From: Leucoraja ocellata
Taxonomy: Eukaryota
Length of the DNA: 64,000 nucleotides
Direction of reading: 5' to 3'
Assembly (NCBI GenBank): GCA_036785375.1
Contig: JAWMAR010000200.1
Span: forward strand, 1,612,001-1,676,000
The notes beneath the pieces are model-generated. The model was not told the DNA's origin. It was given only the letters and a program-made list of their open reading frames with translations, and searched no databases. The stretch's first letter is position 1. Each line of letters opens with the position of its first letter. A program made the position numbers and the translations under genes. This document shows, piece by piece, positions 11,970 through 23,999 of this stretch.

Positions 11970-12183
11970 CAATGCATGGAACGAGCTGCCAGAAGAGGTA
12001 GTGGAGGCAGGTACTATCACAACATTTAAGAAACATTTAGACAGGTGCATGGATCGGACTGGTTTAAACAGATATGGACGAAACGCAGAGAAGCAGGACT
12101 TGTGTAGATGCGACATGTTGGCTGGTGTGGGCAAGGTGGGCTGAAGTGTCTGTTTCCATGCTATAGATCTCTATGACTCTCTG
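11970..12183 (+). mobile_element. CR1-type LINE 3' end
   Basis: NAWNELPEEVVEAGTITTFKKHLDRCMD plus tail ctctatgactct. Confidence 0.85.
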
Positions 12184-14056
12184 ACTAATGGGGTTCATTA
12201 ATGACATTTCAGGAAGGAAATCTTCCAAATTTACAAGCTGTTCAATATGTGACTTTAGACTGGCGGCAATATTCTGCTTTTGTGGCTGTAAGATGAGTTT
12301 GACTTACTTAGCAAATCAGTCAATCGAGACCGATTTAGGATTCAGAAAAAAACTGTGCTGACCTTGCCAGTAACATCCCATGAAGGAATAACTTAATAGG
12401 ACACTCAGAAGTATGACTTTGACTTTCATTGTAAAACGCAAATGCAACTTTAATTCACCAACCATATTTGTTATAACATTATGTATAAAACTTGAAGACG
12501 ATCCACTTTGTCATAAATTGCATCAAAGAAAGGACACTGTGGGATTACAGTGCCTGAAATTCAGTTAGATAGATGACAGTTGTCATTCCAAATCTCCGAA
12601 TTTCTTCATCAAAGTATATATGCCTTCAGTGTGGCATAAACATCCCTATCAATCATTCCACATTATCCTAGCCACTTGGAATACAAAAACTCAATCCTTT
12701 CGTTCTGTTTTGCTCATCACAACCACACGGTTTTCATTGAGGCTTTGACAAAAAAAACAGGTTCATTGTGTGACAGCTCCTCTTCATTCTTCCTCAATGT
12801 AATATCTGTTTAATCAGAGCATCCTTCCCTCTCGCCATCTTATTTTTATTTGCTGCAGATGTAAACCTTGCTGTTTAAACATTGGGAAAATAATTTAGGA
12901 AGATCAGTTATTTGGAATTGTTCCTTAATACCCAATGTGTCTGGTCATCTTGGATGCGCCAATGATGAGTTTTGCTGTGCAGTTGTCCGTAGAAGGACCA
13001 AAGAGATCTTTTTCTTTAGATTTGAAAGTTATTACAATTGATCAACAACTCAGCGATTACTACGTGACCATTAACTATTCATGATTCTAATCAAAAAGCA
13101 GAGTGTAATAAAGAAGACAAGAGAGACTGCAGAGAGAGTCATAGTCATTGTGCCTTGTAGATGCTGGAAAGGTTTCGTATGTCAGAAATGATCATTTGTT
13201 GCATGTTACCCAGCCTCTGACCTGCTCTTGGTGGTACGTATGTGCCATTGATTAATTCATTTGTTGTGGAGATTCAAATAGAATTGAATACCATAGAATT
13301 TTCAGTGAACATCTATAATGAAATTATGGTCATTAATAAAGCAGTTCAAGATGACAGGATGTGGAGCAATCGCTGGGTTTTCTACCAAAAATACGCAAGG
13401 TTGATCAGCATTGAGCAACTCAATTGTAAATTGTTGAAAATATTATTCAATTTTGTTAGCCTTTCCATTAATTCAAGCACTAAAGGCCCTGGAATTGGGA
13501 TAAAGGACTTAGCTTCATAATAATTTATTTTTCAAAAGGTTTATTTTGGTATGCATAAGAAAATATACTCATTTGAAGCTTGCAAATGGGCACATGACGG
13601 ATCTTGCTGCAGCAATTAAGGTGGTTCAGCTAATTTTCTGAATGGATCCAGAGTCCATGGTTTGAATCAATGGAAAAGCTAACAGAAAGCTGATTTCAAC
13701 AGCTCAATATTTTCCCAGCAAACTTCAGAGTAAACTGTTGGCCTGCAAGGTTATCGGATGAGTTCATGAAAATGTTTGAAGTAGTGTTTGTTTTAAGTAG
13801 TGGCTTGAAATGAGCTGGAAAATGTTCTGCAGATATTTGCAATCTCAATGTTTCCAATGGAAATAGCTTCCTTGCTGTGTCTGTCATTGTTTTTTTCACA
13901 TATTACCCATGGATGCATCATCAATAACCACCACAATAATATTTTACTTTGGTTACACATCTCTTTACATTAAAAAGTGAATCTTAAAGTGGTCTAAATC
14001 AAATAAATTATGTGTAAGATGCCTGGGGGCTGGAGGTGGGGGGTAAAGAGGTAAAC

Positions 14057-14124
<68 letters not shown>
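14057..14124 (+). repeat. (ATCT)17 microsatellite at the 5' end of the Helitron-like array
   Basis: Perfect tetranucleotide run. Confidence 0.95.
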
Positions 14125-14126
<2 letters not shown>

Positions 14127-15461
14127 AAAACTCAAATCAGTCCGCCTGCAGTACGGATCCCTTCCTGCCTTTTGATTCGTTGATGGCTGCTCCTTCCTAT
14201 CAGCTTCAAACACACTTCGAAACAAAGTTGCAAGACAGGAACACTGAACTTTTCACTGCTGCAGCAGGCAGGGGAGGTGCCATTGGATTTTTTTTTAAAG
14301 AGGCAGGGCAGTGCTGGAATCTTACTTTTGAGAACGGCTTCAGTTCCATTGGAGGAGACGGGTGCATGGTGGAATATTGGGTTGGGGGATCACACCATTG
14401 GGGGAGCAGACCCAACGGGTCTGCACTTGGTCTAGTATATATATAAAAGTCTGTGGCTGCCGCCTGCCGTCCGGCTGCCAGCTGCCTTTCTTCCTTTTGA
14501 TTCACTGCTCCTTCCTGTCAGCTTCCAACACACTTCGAAACAAAGTTGCAAGACAGGAACACTGAACTTTTCACTGCTGCAGCAGGCAGGGAAGGTGCAA
14601 TTGAGGGAGGCAGGGAAGTGCTGGAAACTTACATTTGGCAACGGCTTCAGTTCCATTGGAGGAGACGGGTGCATGGTGGAATATTGGGTTGGAGGAATCA
14701 CACCATTGGGGGAGCAGACCCAACGGGTCTGCACTTGGTCTAGTTAATATATAAAACTCAAATCCATCCGACGTCCGCCTGCAGTACGGATCCCTTCCTG
14801 CCTTTTGATTCGTTGACGGCTGCTCCTTCCTATCAGCTTCCAACACACTTCGAAACAAAGTTGCAAGACAGGAACACTGAACTTTTCACTGCTGCAGCAG
14901 GCAGGGATTTTTTTTTAAAGAGGCAGGGCAGTGCTGGAATCTTACTTTTGAGAACGGTTTCAGTTCCATTGGAGGAGACGGGTGCATGGTGGAATATTGG
15001 GTTGAGGGATCACACCATTGGGTGAGCAGACCCAACGGGTCTGCACTTGGTCTAGTTATTATATAAAAGTCTGTGGCTGCCGCCTGCCGTCCATCCGTCC
15101 GGCTGCCAGCTGCCTTTCTTCCTTTTGATTCGCTGCTCCTTCCTATCAGCTTCCAACACACTTCAAAACAAAGTTGCAAGACAGGAACACTGAACTTTTC
15201 ACCTCAATGGGATATCACAGCAAGTGCTTCAACAGGAGGGGGAGGGCCAATTGGTATTGCAATTGGAACTGCTGCAGCAGGCAGGGGAGGTGCAATTGGA
15301 ATTTTTTTTCAATCCACTGCTGAGGGAGGCAGGGGAGTGCTGGAATCTTACATTTGGGAACGGCTTCAGTTCCGTTGGAGGAGACGGGTGCATGGTGGAA
15401 TATTGGGTTGGGGGATCACACCATTGGGGGAGCAGACCCAACGGGTCTGCACTTGGTCTAG
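14058..15461 (+). mobile_element. Tandem array of four non-autonomous Helitron-like units
   Basis: Starts A|TC; each unit ends with hairpin GCAGACCC-aac-GGGTCTGC, 7 nt, then CTAG|T (CTAG at 14432, 14740, 15052, 15458); no TIR or TSD. Confidence 0.82.
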
Positions 15462-16207
15462 TTTTAATATAAAGAGGGCTCTCTGCTATTTGATATGTTT
15501 GCGATGAAGCATCTCCTTTGTACTGAGGGTCGGAAGATTGCAGCGACCCTTGATCCTGTACATTGGGAATTATACTGTTTGGTTGTGCTATGTCAGGTTT
15601 TTTTTTTGTTGTAAGTGATTAAATGAATCGCAAACAAAAACCCTCAAATAATCTTGCAGTGTCACAAATGCAGTTTGTGATCCATCAGCCACTGGCTTTT
15701 CTTTATATTGCAATACATGTGATTTCTTGGAAAATGTACAAAAGCTATTTGTGTGGTCAGAAAGAAACACTAGAAAACATGAGATGTGAATTTATGGTTT
15801 TCTGCTCCGTTATATGGTTATATTTCTGTTGGATCATTTTCTCCTTGTTCTTGGCCTTTTATATTTTCTGTCAAGTGCAATTTTACATCTCGTTTCCCTT
15901 GTGGTGTGTCATTGTTTTCTTTCAACCCTCTGGTTCTTGAATAATGCAGTATTGTCAGTGATGGGTAAGTGCAGCAATTTGGCACCTACCCACCATTGTA
16001 AGAGTTGTATAATTTTCAACAATGGTGGTGGGAGTGAGTGAATTGTAGCGGATCAGCTGTCCATTATCTTGTTGCAGGTAAGAAAATCAGCAGGGGAGCA
16101 TTTTGGGCAAGCTATTCTCTGCTAATTTCCCACCCCCATCAAAATTGAAAGCTGCTCCTCCAGATTGACAATAAGTTCCATGCAAGAGTAATTTTGATTC
16201 ATTTCAA

Positions 16208-16524
16208 CAATGTTGGGGGAGTCCAGAACCAGGGGCCACAGTTTAAGAGTAAGGAGTAAGCCATTTAGAACAGAGACGAGGAAACACTTTTTCTCACAGA
16301 GAGTGGTGAGTCTGTGGAATTCTCTGCCTCAGAGGGCGGTGGAGGCAGGTTCTCTGGATGCTTTCAAGTGAGAGCTAGATAGGGCTCTTAAAAATAGCAG
16401 AGTCAGGGGATATGGGGCGAAGGCAGGAACGGGGTACTGATTGGGGATGATCAGCCATGATCACATTGAATGGCGGTGCTGGCTCGAGGGGCCAAATGAC
16501 CTACTCCTGCACCTATTGTCTATT
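16208..16524 (+). mobile_element. CR1/HER1-type LINE 3' end
   Basis: MLGESRTRGHSLRV..FFSQRVVSLWNSLPQRAVEAGSL plus ctattgtctatt tail. Confidence 0.9.
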
Positions 16525-16957
16525 CCTACTGATGTGCATGCAACTGGATTTCTGCTGAGGATATCCCACATACACACTTATCAACATTTCCCCCCCACTC
16601 CACTCTTCTGTTTAAGGTGACCTTGTGTCTCTGTTCCTGTAGTTAATCAACCGCTAATGATTCATGGCCACATACCCAAAGTCACAGATTATAATTGTGG
16701 CCTCATTTAATAAAGGACAACTTGTCCTACTTCTTTTTCCATAAAGTTTGTCACTCTTGGTATTGTTCTCCTTGACAATGAAGTATCACAATTTAAGATT
16801 CTTGCACGTTTTCCCAAAAGGAGTTGATAAAATATTAATTTAATTGGTCTGTTTTTATATCAGAGCACATATATTGAGTCTAATAGATGTTTCAAATACA
16901 AAACATAACTAAGCTTTAGTGTCAAGGAAAGGGAACAAGCAACATTTATTTACCTAA

Positions 16958-17068
16958 GGTACACAAAAAAGCTGGAGAACCTCAGCGGGTGCAACAGCAT
17001 CTATGGAACGCAGGAAATAGGCAACGTTTCGGGCCGAAACCCTTCTTCAGACTTTTTTCTTCCTTCTT
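16958..17068 (-). mobile_element. 111-bp Penelope-derived hammerhead element with 15-bp TSD
   Basis: CATTTATTTACCTAA at 16943-16957 and 17069-17083. Confidence 0.85.
17020..17053 (-). ncRNA. Minimal hammerhead ribozyme-like motif
   Basis: Minus strand agt-CTGAAGA-a-gggtt-tc-ggccc-GAAAC-GTT-gcc. Confidence 0.55.
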
Positions 17069-17584
17069 CATTTATTTACCTAATCTCAGCCATTCAAAAC
17101 TATCTCACACCCTTTGTGTGGGGAGATTTGGCCTTGGTTCTTTTCATCGGATGTCTAACTTGGCTCTTCCTCCTTGCTTGCGATCTCCTGTGGTTAAAGG
17201 AAAATGAGAATGGAAGCACAGAAAGGTTAAACAGAAGGTTGCTGTTGAAGGCTCCAGAATGATGCATAACGTGATGCATGTGTGTTTCTGGGCTTATTGT
17301 CTTGAGGATGTTCTGTTATTGCAAAAGTAATTTGTAGTGATTGAATTAAATGGGTCAGATGTTGTTTGTGCATTTATGTTCTACTTGCTGAATTAGAATG
17401 AACATCTTTGTGATTCCTAAACCATTTTCCCTTCACAAATATTTCCTGAACAATCTTTCAAAAAGATAGAGATTTGAGAAAGATGAGAATAATTAGTATA
17501 TTATTCTCCAGCTATATTTTTAAGCTATGCTGTGATATAACTGGACAGTCACAGGTTTAAAAGTATGACATTCAGAGAAACATA

Positions 17585-17680
17585 AGAACTGCAGATGCTG
17601 GAATCTTGAACAAAGTACTGGAAAAACTCAGCAGGCCCGGCAGCATCTGTGGAGTGAATGGACAGGCGACGTTTCGGATT
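17585..17680 (-). mobile_element. Penelope-derived short repeat
   Basis: gaactgcagatgctgg...ctggaaaaactcagcagg...gacgtttcgg. Confidence 0.65.
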
Positions 17681-17822
17681 CACACTGAAGAAATGGGCGG
17701 GTGGGGGGGGGAGGGGGGTGAAGGCTGGAACTGGTTATCACAAAAACATGACAGAAATAGAAAACTATGGTACAGTCCGATTTTCCTCCATATCATTGCG
17801 GACATTGTAGTGCAGTAGTTAT

Positions 17823-17962
17823 GGGCCTGTCCCACTTACGTGACTTTTTTGGCTACTACCGGCACCCGGCATAGGTCATTGCAGGTCTCCGAAAATTTTC
17901 AACATGCTGAAAATCCAGCCGTGACCAAAAAGATGCTACGACTCTTTGGGCGACTGAGGAGA
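17823..17962. mobile_element. Probable PIF/Harbinger-type MITE fragment (one terminus only)
   Basis: Starts GGGCCTGTCCCACTTA, a Harbinger-like terminus; no partner TIR found. Confidence 0.45.
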
Positions 17963-17969
17963 CACCCTT

Positions 17970-18100
17970 CTGCTCTACCTATTGTAGTTGAGTTTGGCTT
18001 TGGTTTATGTATGTATAGCATTAACTGATTTGATTAGATAGCATACAAAACAAAGCTTTAGACTGTACCTCGGCACATGTGATAATAATAACCCTAAACA
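17970..18100 (+). mobile_element. Rex1-type 3' UTR/tail fragment
   Basis: aaagctttagactgtacctcggcacatgtgataataa is the same tail as 9326-9380. Confidence 0.55.
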
Positions 18101-18779
18101 TAAAGAATATGAAAAATAATGCATTAAACTTACTTGATGTCTCGAAATCCACTGATACAATTTCTTGTTCCGTCATACCTGCCGAAACTTGTCAAATATT
18201 CTCACAATATTAAATTAAATGATCTATAAAATGAATGGTGTCTTTCAAAATACTGTTTAAAGGAGATTTTGATCTTGAAATTAAATATCTCAAAAAGTCT
18301 GTCTTCAATATTAAGCTTTGAGGCCACGCGTATCCTAATGAAATGTACGGGTAGGTGAATATTCTAGGCCCATTGAAAATTGCATATTAAAACAATGTAT
18401 TCCATTTAAATAAGTCATGCGTAAAAATGCACGAATTATTGCAGCTATATCTGAAAACCTTGCAAAGAGACTCCTGTGTACAGTTATGCTTTGGAGTTTT
18501 CCCAGTAACTTGTCAGCCGTTTATCTGGTGTCTTGTTTACATATTTGTATACAGCTGCTTGGCATTTTCTAAACATAGCCAACAATAGTAATATTAACTA
18601 GACCAACAACCAATTAATGTTTACTGGACCTGGCTATAGTCATTATAAACTGGCCTGGAGTGTTACTGAAAAATAGAACTGGGTGAAATTGTATTGCATA
18701 ATATCCATTCATGCTTCCAAAATAAATGGAATGTACCTATCAGATTAATGATGCCAAAAAGAGTATATTTCTGGAGTTT

Positions 18780-19690
18780 GAAACATATAAAAATAGTAAC
18801 TAGGTGCAGTAGTAGGCCATTCGGCCCTTCGATCATGGCTGATTATCCAAAATCAGTAACCTGTTCTGCCTTTTTCCCCATATCCCTTAATTCCCTTAGC
18901 CCTAAGAGCTAAATCTAACTCTCTCTTGAAAAGAATACAGTAGTATCTCCAACTGGAGATGTTCAGGCCAACTTGTCGTCACACAGCATGGAAACAGGCC
19001 CTTCGGCCCATGCTGACAAAGATGCCTCATCTACACTAGTCCCACCTGCCCACAATTGGTCTGTATCTCGCTAAACCTTTCCTATCCATGTACCAGTCCA
19101 AAATTGGCCAAAGTACCAAAATCCTTCTTGACCACTCCATCTACCTGTGACACAACTTTCAGCGAACTGAATACCTGTATGCTTACATTCCCCAGGGCTC
19201 TGCCATTCACTGTGAAGGTCCTGCCCTGGTTTGACTTCCCAAATTGCAACACCTCACACTTATCTGCATTGAACTCTATTAATCATTCCTCAGCTCACTT
19301 GCCCAGCTGATCAAGATCCTAATGTTATTTTTGAAAACTATCTTCTCCATATATATCACTACCCACATTAGTGTCATCTGCATACTTACTAAACATGCCT
19401 GTACATTCTCATCCCAACCATTGATATAAACCCCAAACAGTGATAGGCCAAGCAACGATCCCTGAGGCACACCACAAGTTATAGGCCTCTAGTTTGAAAG
19501 ACAACCTTCCATTGTCACTGTTTTCTTCCAAGGACCAATTCTCTACCCAATTAGCTTGCTCTCACTGGATCCCATGCAATCTATCTTTCTGGAGCAGCCT
19601 GCCACGTGGACCTTATCAAATGTATTACTGAAGTCCATCGAGACGTTTTGGTTATTTCTTCAAAAAACTCAATCATAAGCTCGATCTCAC
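18780..19690 (-). mobile_element. Cluster of CR1-type fragments (two 3' ends and an RT region)
   Basis: Minus strand VPQGSLLGLSLFGVYIN, FADD-like segment, C.VLQFG, and 3' tails. Confidence 0.75.
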
Positions 19691-20012
19691 AGATCTGTCC
19701 AATTTTGCCGTGGACGTTAGAGAAGCACGTGAGGGACTGAGGGACAAAGCAACTGGGCTTGAAGTTGCTGCCTTGAGCACAGTTGGCAGTCTGGTGCAAA
19801 TTATTCATCACTCCCAGAATTGTATATATTTTGTGAAGCGTGTTTTGTTTCTCAAATGTCTGCTCAAAAAAAAAAGCATATTGACAGGAATATTTGTTAG
19901 TGTCTGCAAAGGCCTCCAATGGGGGCTGTTCATGGAAATTCTCAATGATGCATTATATTGTTACCAGCAGCAGCAGCAGCAAACCTGTGGACAGCAGTCA
20001 TGCATTGCAAAT

Positions 20013-20275
20013 TTTAGTTTAAGGATAAAACGCAGAAACAGGCCCTTCGGCCCACCGAGTCCACACCGACCAGCGATCCCCGCACATTAACAATACCGTA
20101 CACACATTAGGGGCAATATACAATTGTACATGCTTGGAGTTTGGGAGGAAACCAAAGACATCAGAGGAAATCCACGCAGCTCACAGGAGAATGTACGAAC
20201 TCTGTATAAACAGCACCCGTAGTCAGGATCGAACTCGGGTCTCTGGCGTTGTAAGTACTGTAAAACAGCAACTCT
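20013..20275 (-). mobile_element. V-SINE (HE1-like)
   Basis: B box gagttcgatcc, gagttcgtacattctcc core, CR1-like tail. Confidence 0.8.
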
Positions 20276-20417
20276 GTTGCTTTAATGGCAGAGCCCTAAA
20301 TGTTTGAATTTCCTCCCTAACACTTTTTTTGCATTACTTTCTCTTTTTGACAGTTTAAAATTCCCCTTAAGAATATCTTTATGACTAAACCTACTATAAT
20401 TTACCTTATTACATATC

Positions 20418-21178
20418 AATTGATAGTAGACTTTTGGAGAACTCCCCCTCCCCTCCCCCCACTCACTATCAACAACACCACAGTCACATCTTTGGCGTAT
20501 TTTAAGTTCCTTGGAACCATCATCTCCAAGGACCTGAAATGGGGTGCCACCATCGACTCCACAGTCAAATGGCCCAACAGAGGATGTACTTCCTGCGGCA
20601 GCTGAGGAAACACAATCTGCCGCAGGCAATAATGGTCCAATTCTATACTGCCATCGTAGAGTCTGGCCTCACCTTCTCCATCATGGTCTGGTTTGGCTCA
20701 GCCACCAAGCACGACATCCGGAGGCTGCAGCGAATCGTCCCATCAGCTGAGATGGTTGTTGGCTGCAACCTTCCCCTCATTGACGAACTGTACACTGCAA
20801 GGGCCAGGAAACGAGCGGGTAAGATCATCTCTGACCCCTCTCACCCTGGCCACAAAATCTTTGAAGCACTTCCCTCTGGAAGGCGACTTCGTACTGTCAG
20901 AGGCGCCAGAGCCAGACATAAAAACAGCTTTTGTTTTCCACGGGTAGTAGCTCTACTCAATAACCAAAAGTCTGTAGCCTCCTTTTGCTCTGGGATTTTA
21001 TTTCATTCACATGTCTAAACTGTAATGTTTTATTATTAATGTTTAATGTGTCATTCTTAATTGTTACTGTATGTTGTGTTGCTACTCATGAGCGGTGCAC
21101 CAAGGCAAATTCCTTGTGTATATATATATATACTTGGCCAATAAACTTATTCATTCATTAATTAATTAATTCATTCAG
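20418..21178 (+). pseudogene. Rex1/Babar LINE 3' fragment (second family)
   Basis: LIVDF..FKFLGTIISKDLKW, frameshift, AQQRMYFLRQL..DPSHPGH..LPSGRRLR; tail ttggccaataaa(cttatt/catt)n. Confidence 0.9.
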
Positions 21179-21449
21179 TATTAAATAGTGTTTGATCACT
21201 TTCCCAAGAAATATTTTTGGTATATTTTGCTGCATCAAGACACTATATAAATATTTGTTCATGTTGAATATGAGTATTTTTTCAGAAAATCTAATATGTT
21301 TACATTATTTTATGTTGGTCCGGAATAACGACATCTGGAAATATATTGGAAAGTTGCTGGCTGGTTCTTTTTGATAATAAAACATTGGGTTTGTCCTGGA
21401 ATAACTATTGCACATTCTATCAAACCAGTGCTTGAAAGGCCATTGTGCA

Positions 21450-21618
21450 GGAAGGAACTGCAGATGCTGGTTTACACTGAAGATCGACACAAAATGCTGG
21501 AGTAACAGAGTTCTTCAGATTCTGATGAAGGGCCTCGACCCAAAACATCATCCATTCCTTCTATCTAGAGATGCTGCCTGTCCCGCTGAATTACTCCAGC
21601 ATTTTGCGTTTATCTTGA
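21450..21618. mobile_element. Head-to-head inverted Penelope-derived pair
   Basis: Minus-strand unit followed by a plus-strand unit CTGATGAagggcctcgaccc-aaaa at 21522. Confidence 0.7.
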
Positions 21619-21779
21619 TAGGCCATTGTTCTAATTCAAATGAATGAACCACATTTAAAACTTCCATGCTTACACTTATTTCTCAGGTACAGGTGCACAA
21701 CCTTTTATCCGAAGATCCAAATAACGAAAACCTCCGAATAGCGACATTTTTTCAGTCCTTGAAAAAAGGTCCTTGAAAA

Positions 21780-23633
21780 CGTTCACGGAGGGCGGCCCGC
21801 AGAGGTGACAGAGGAACCTCCGGTCGGTCCTGGAAGAAAGGGGAACTAAATCCCCATCCATAAAAGAGAAGGTGAGGGTATATTGTGCGGGAGGGTTAAT
21901 AATTGACAATATGCTGCTGTCTGGGAGCTGCGGGCAGGGAGCTGCAGATTGTCGCTCCCTTCAGTTTCACCCCACCTACACCCCTCTGCTTCCCGGCCAT
22001 GTGTGTGACCCCTTCCCTCCCCTCTCCAGCTCCCCGCCCATTGCACCGACGTGGGGGCTTTGCACTGTCTTCACGTCGGCAATGCCAGTCACCGGAGACG
22101 TCAGGACCAACGGGACACCGACCCCCAGGCCCACTGCAAGCACGGAGATCCCAGATCAGCAACTCCAGCCGAGCCCCGCTCCAACTCCAGAGGGGCAGAA
22201 ACTGATGGTGCGCAAGGTGCGTCTTGTTCTTGAGGTCGCGCAACTCGGGCTGTGGGCGAACTGCCACTTGTCGCCGTAGCGGCCCATCGGGGAGCGGATT
22301 CCTCTGGAGTTGGGGGTGGGGGGGAGGGGGAGGGGGGGTATTGTGCTGTTTGATCGCCCCCTGCTATCCCAGGAACAGGGAAACAGGACGTTCACTGAGG
22401 GCGGCCCGCAGAGGTGACAGCGGAACCTCCGGTCGGTCCTCGACGAAAGGGGAACTAAATCCCCATCCATAAAAGAGAAGGTGAGGGTACATTGACCGGG
22501 AGAGTACGAATCCCAAGACAAAGTTGAGTGAGCGTTCACCGAGGGTGGCCCGCAGAGGTAACAGCGGAACCTCAGGTCGGTCCTGGAAGAAAGGGGAACT
22601 AAATCCCCATCCATAAAAGAGAAGGTGAGGGTATATTGCGCGGGAGGGTTAATAATTGACAATATGCTGCTGTCTGCCCGCTGAGTTAAAAAAATTCCCA
22701 CGGTAGACTCACGATACACAGTGTATCGTGAGTCTTGCGTGGGAACTTTTTTCTCAGCGGGCAGGGAGCTGCAGATTGTCGCTCCCTTCAGTTTCACCCC
22801 ACCTACACCCCTCTGCTTCCCGGCCATGTGTGTGACCCCTTCCCTCCCCTCTCCAGCTCCCCGCCCATTGCACCGGCGTGGGGGCTTTGCACTGTCTTCA
22901 CGTCGGCAATGCCAGTCACCGGAGACGTCAGGACCAACGGGACACCGGCCCCCAGGCCCACTGCAAGCACGGAGATCCCAGAGACCCACAGCCAGCAGCA
23001 GCCCAGCCCCGTTCCAACTCCAGAGGAAAACTGCAAACTAGCGGGAGACATCGGGACCACCAGAAGCCGTTCCTCGATGGGCCGCTACGGCGACAAGTGG
23101 CAGTTCGCCCACAGCCCGAGCTGTGCCCCCTCATCGGGACACCGACCCCCAGGCCCACTGCAAGCACGGAGATCCCAGATCAGCAACTCCAGCCCAGCCC
23201 CACTCCAACTCCAGAGGGGCAGAAACTGATGGTGCGCAAGGTGCGTCTTGTTCTCGGGCTGTGAGCGAACTGCCACTTGTCGCCGTAGCGGCCCATCGGG
23301 GAGCGGATTCCTCTGGAGTTGGGGGTGGGGGGGAGGGGGAGGGGGGTATTGTGCTGTTTGATCGCCCCCTGCTATCCTAGGGACAGGGAGACAGGACGTT
23401 CACCGAGGGCGGCCCGCAGAGGTGACAGCGGAACCTCCGGTCGGTCCTCGACGAAAGGGGAACTAAATCCCCATTCATAAAAGAGAAGGTGAGGGTACAT
23501 TGACCGGGAGAGTAGGAATCCCAAGACAAAGTTGAGTGAGCGTTCACCGAGGGTGGCCCGCAGAGGTGACAGCGGAACCTCGGATCGGTCCTGGAAGAAA
23601 GGGGAACTAAAAAGAGAAGTGGAGGGTATATTG
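21780..23633 (+). repeat. Internal repeats of the TIR element: ~105-bp unit x5 within a larger duplicated block
   Basis: cgttcac.gaggg.ggcccgcagaggt...ggggaactaaa starts at 21780, 22389, 22533, 23397 and 23541. Confidence 0.9.
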
Positions 23634-23931
23634 CGCGGGAGGGTATATCGCCTACCTGGAAGAAACCAGACATTTTTTCCAGGATGTCGTCTGCGCACCA
23701 AAGCTCACGTTTGGCGTCTCTGCTGCACACGGATATAAGAGTGTGAAAATGTCGCCTTAGGCCGCCTTAGGGCATGAAGCCCCGCTAGGGTGACATGAGT
23801 GCGGGAGGTGATTCAATGCTGCGGTCACATTTACAAATTCAGGAATTCATTCAACACACTGCATTTTATACAGACATTTATTCTGCAAGAAAAAAACTAC
23901 ACTGAAGACTCAAACTCGCGACCGAGGAATT

Positions 23932-23999
23932 GCCGGGATCAAGGCGCAAACTCGCGACCTTGCGGATATGAGCCGGGCACTCTACCACTGAGCCAGCCA
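23932..23999 (-). pseudogene. tRNA-like (CAT anticodon) remnant inside the TIR element
   Basis: Minus strand TGGCTCAGTGGTAGAG (A box), CGG-CTCATAT-CCG anticodon arm, GGTCGCGAGTTTG (degenerate B box/T arm); acceptor stem not intact. Confidence 0.5.

Noticed and set aside
14180-15507. Repeated 65-144 aa ORFs; possible CRISPR-like repeat/spacer array
   Set aside because: Whole 300-400 bp units are repeated, there are no unique spacers or cas genes, and the context is eukaryotic; Helitron termini explain it
15940-16085. Two strong donor-like sites (gg|gtaagt, ag|gtaaga)
   Set aside because: No coherent exon with an acceptor and reading frame could be built
21846-23738. Many overlapping ORFs up to 277 aa
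   Set aside because: They arise from GC-rich internal repeats of the TIR element; peptides repeat with the DNA units and show no transposase DDE/D or other domain
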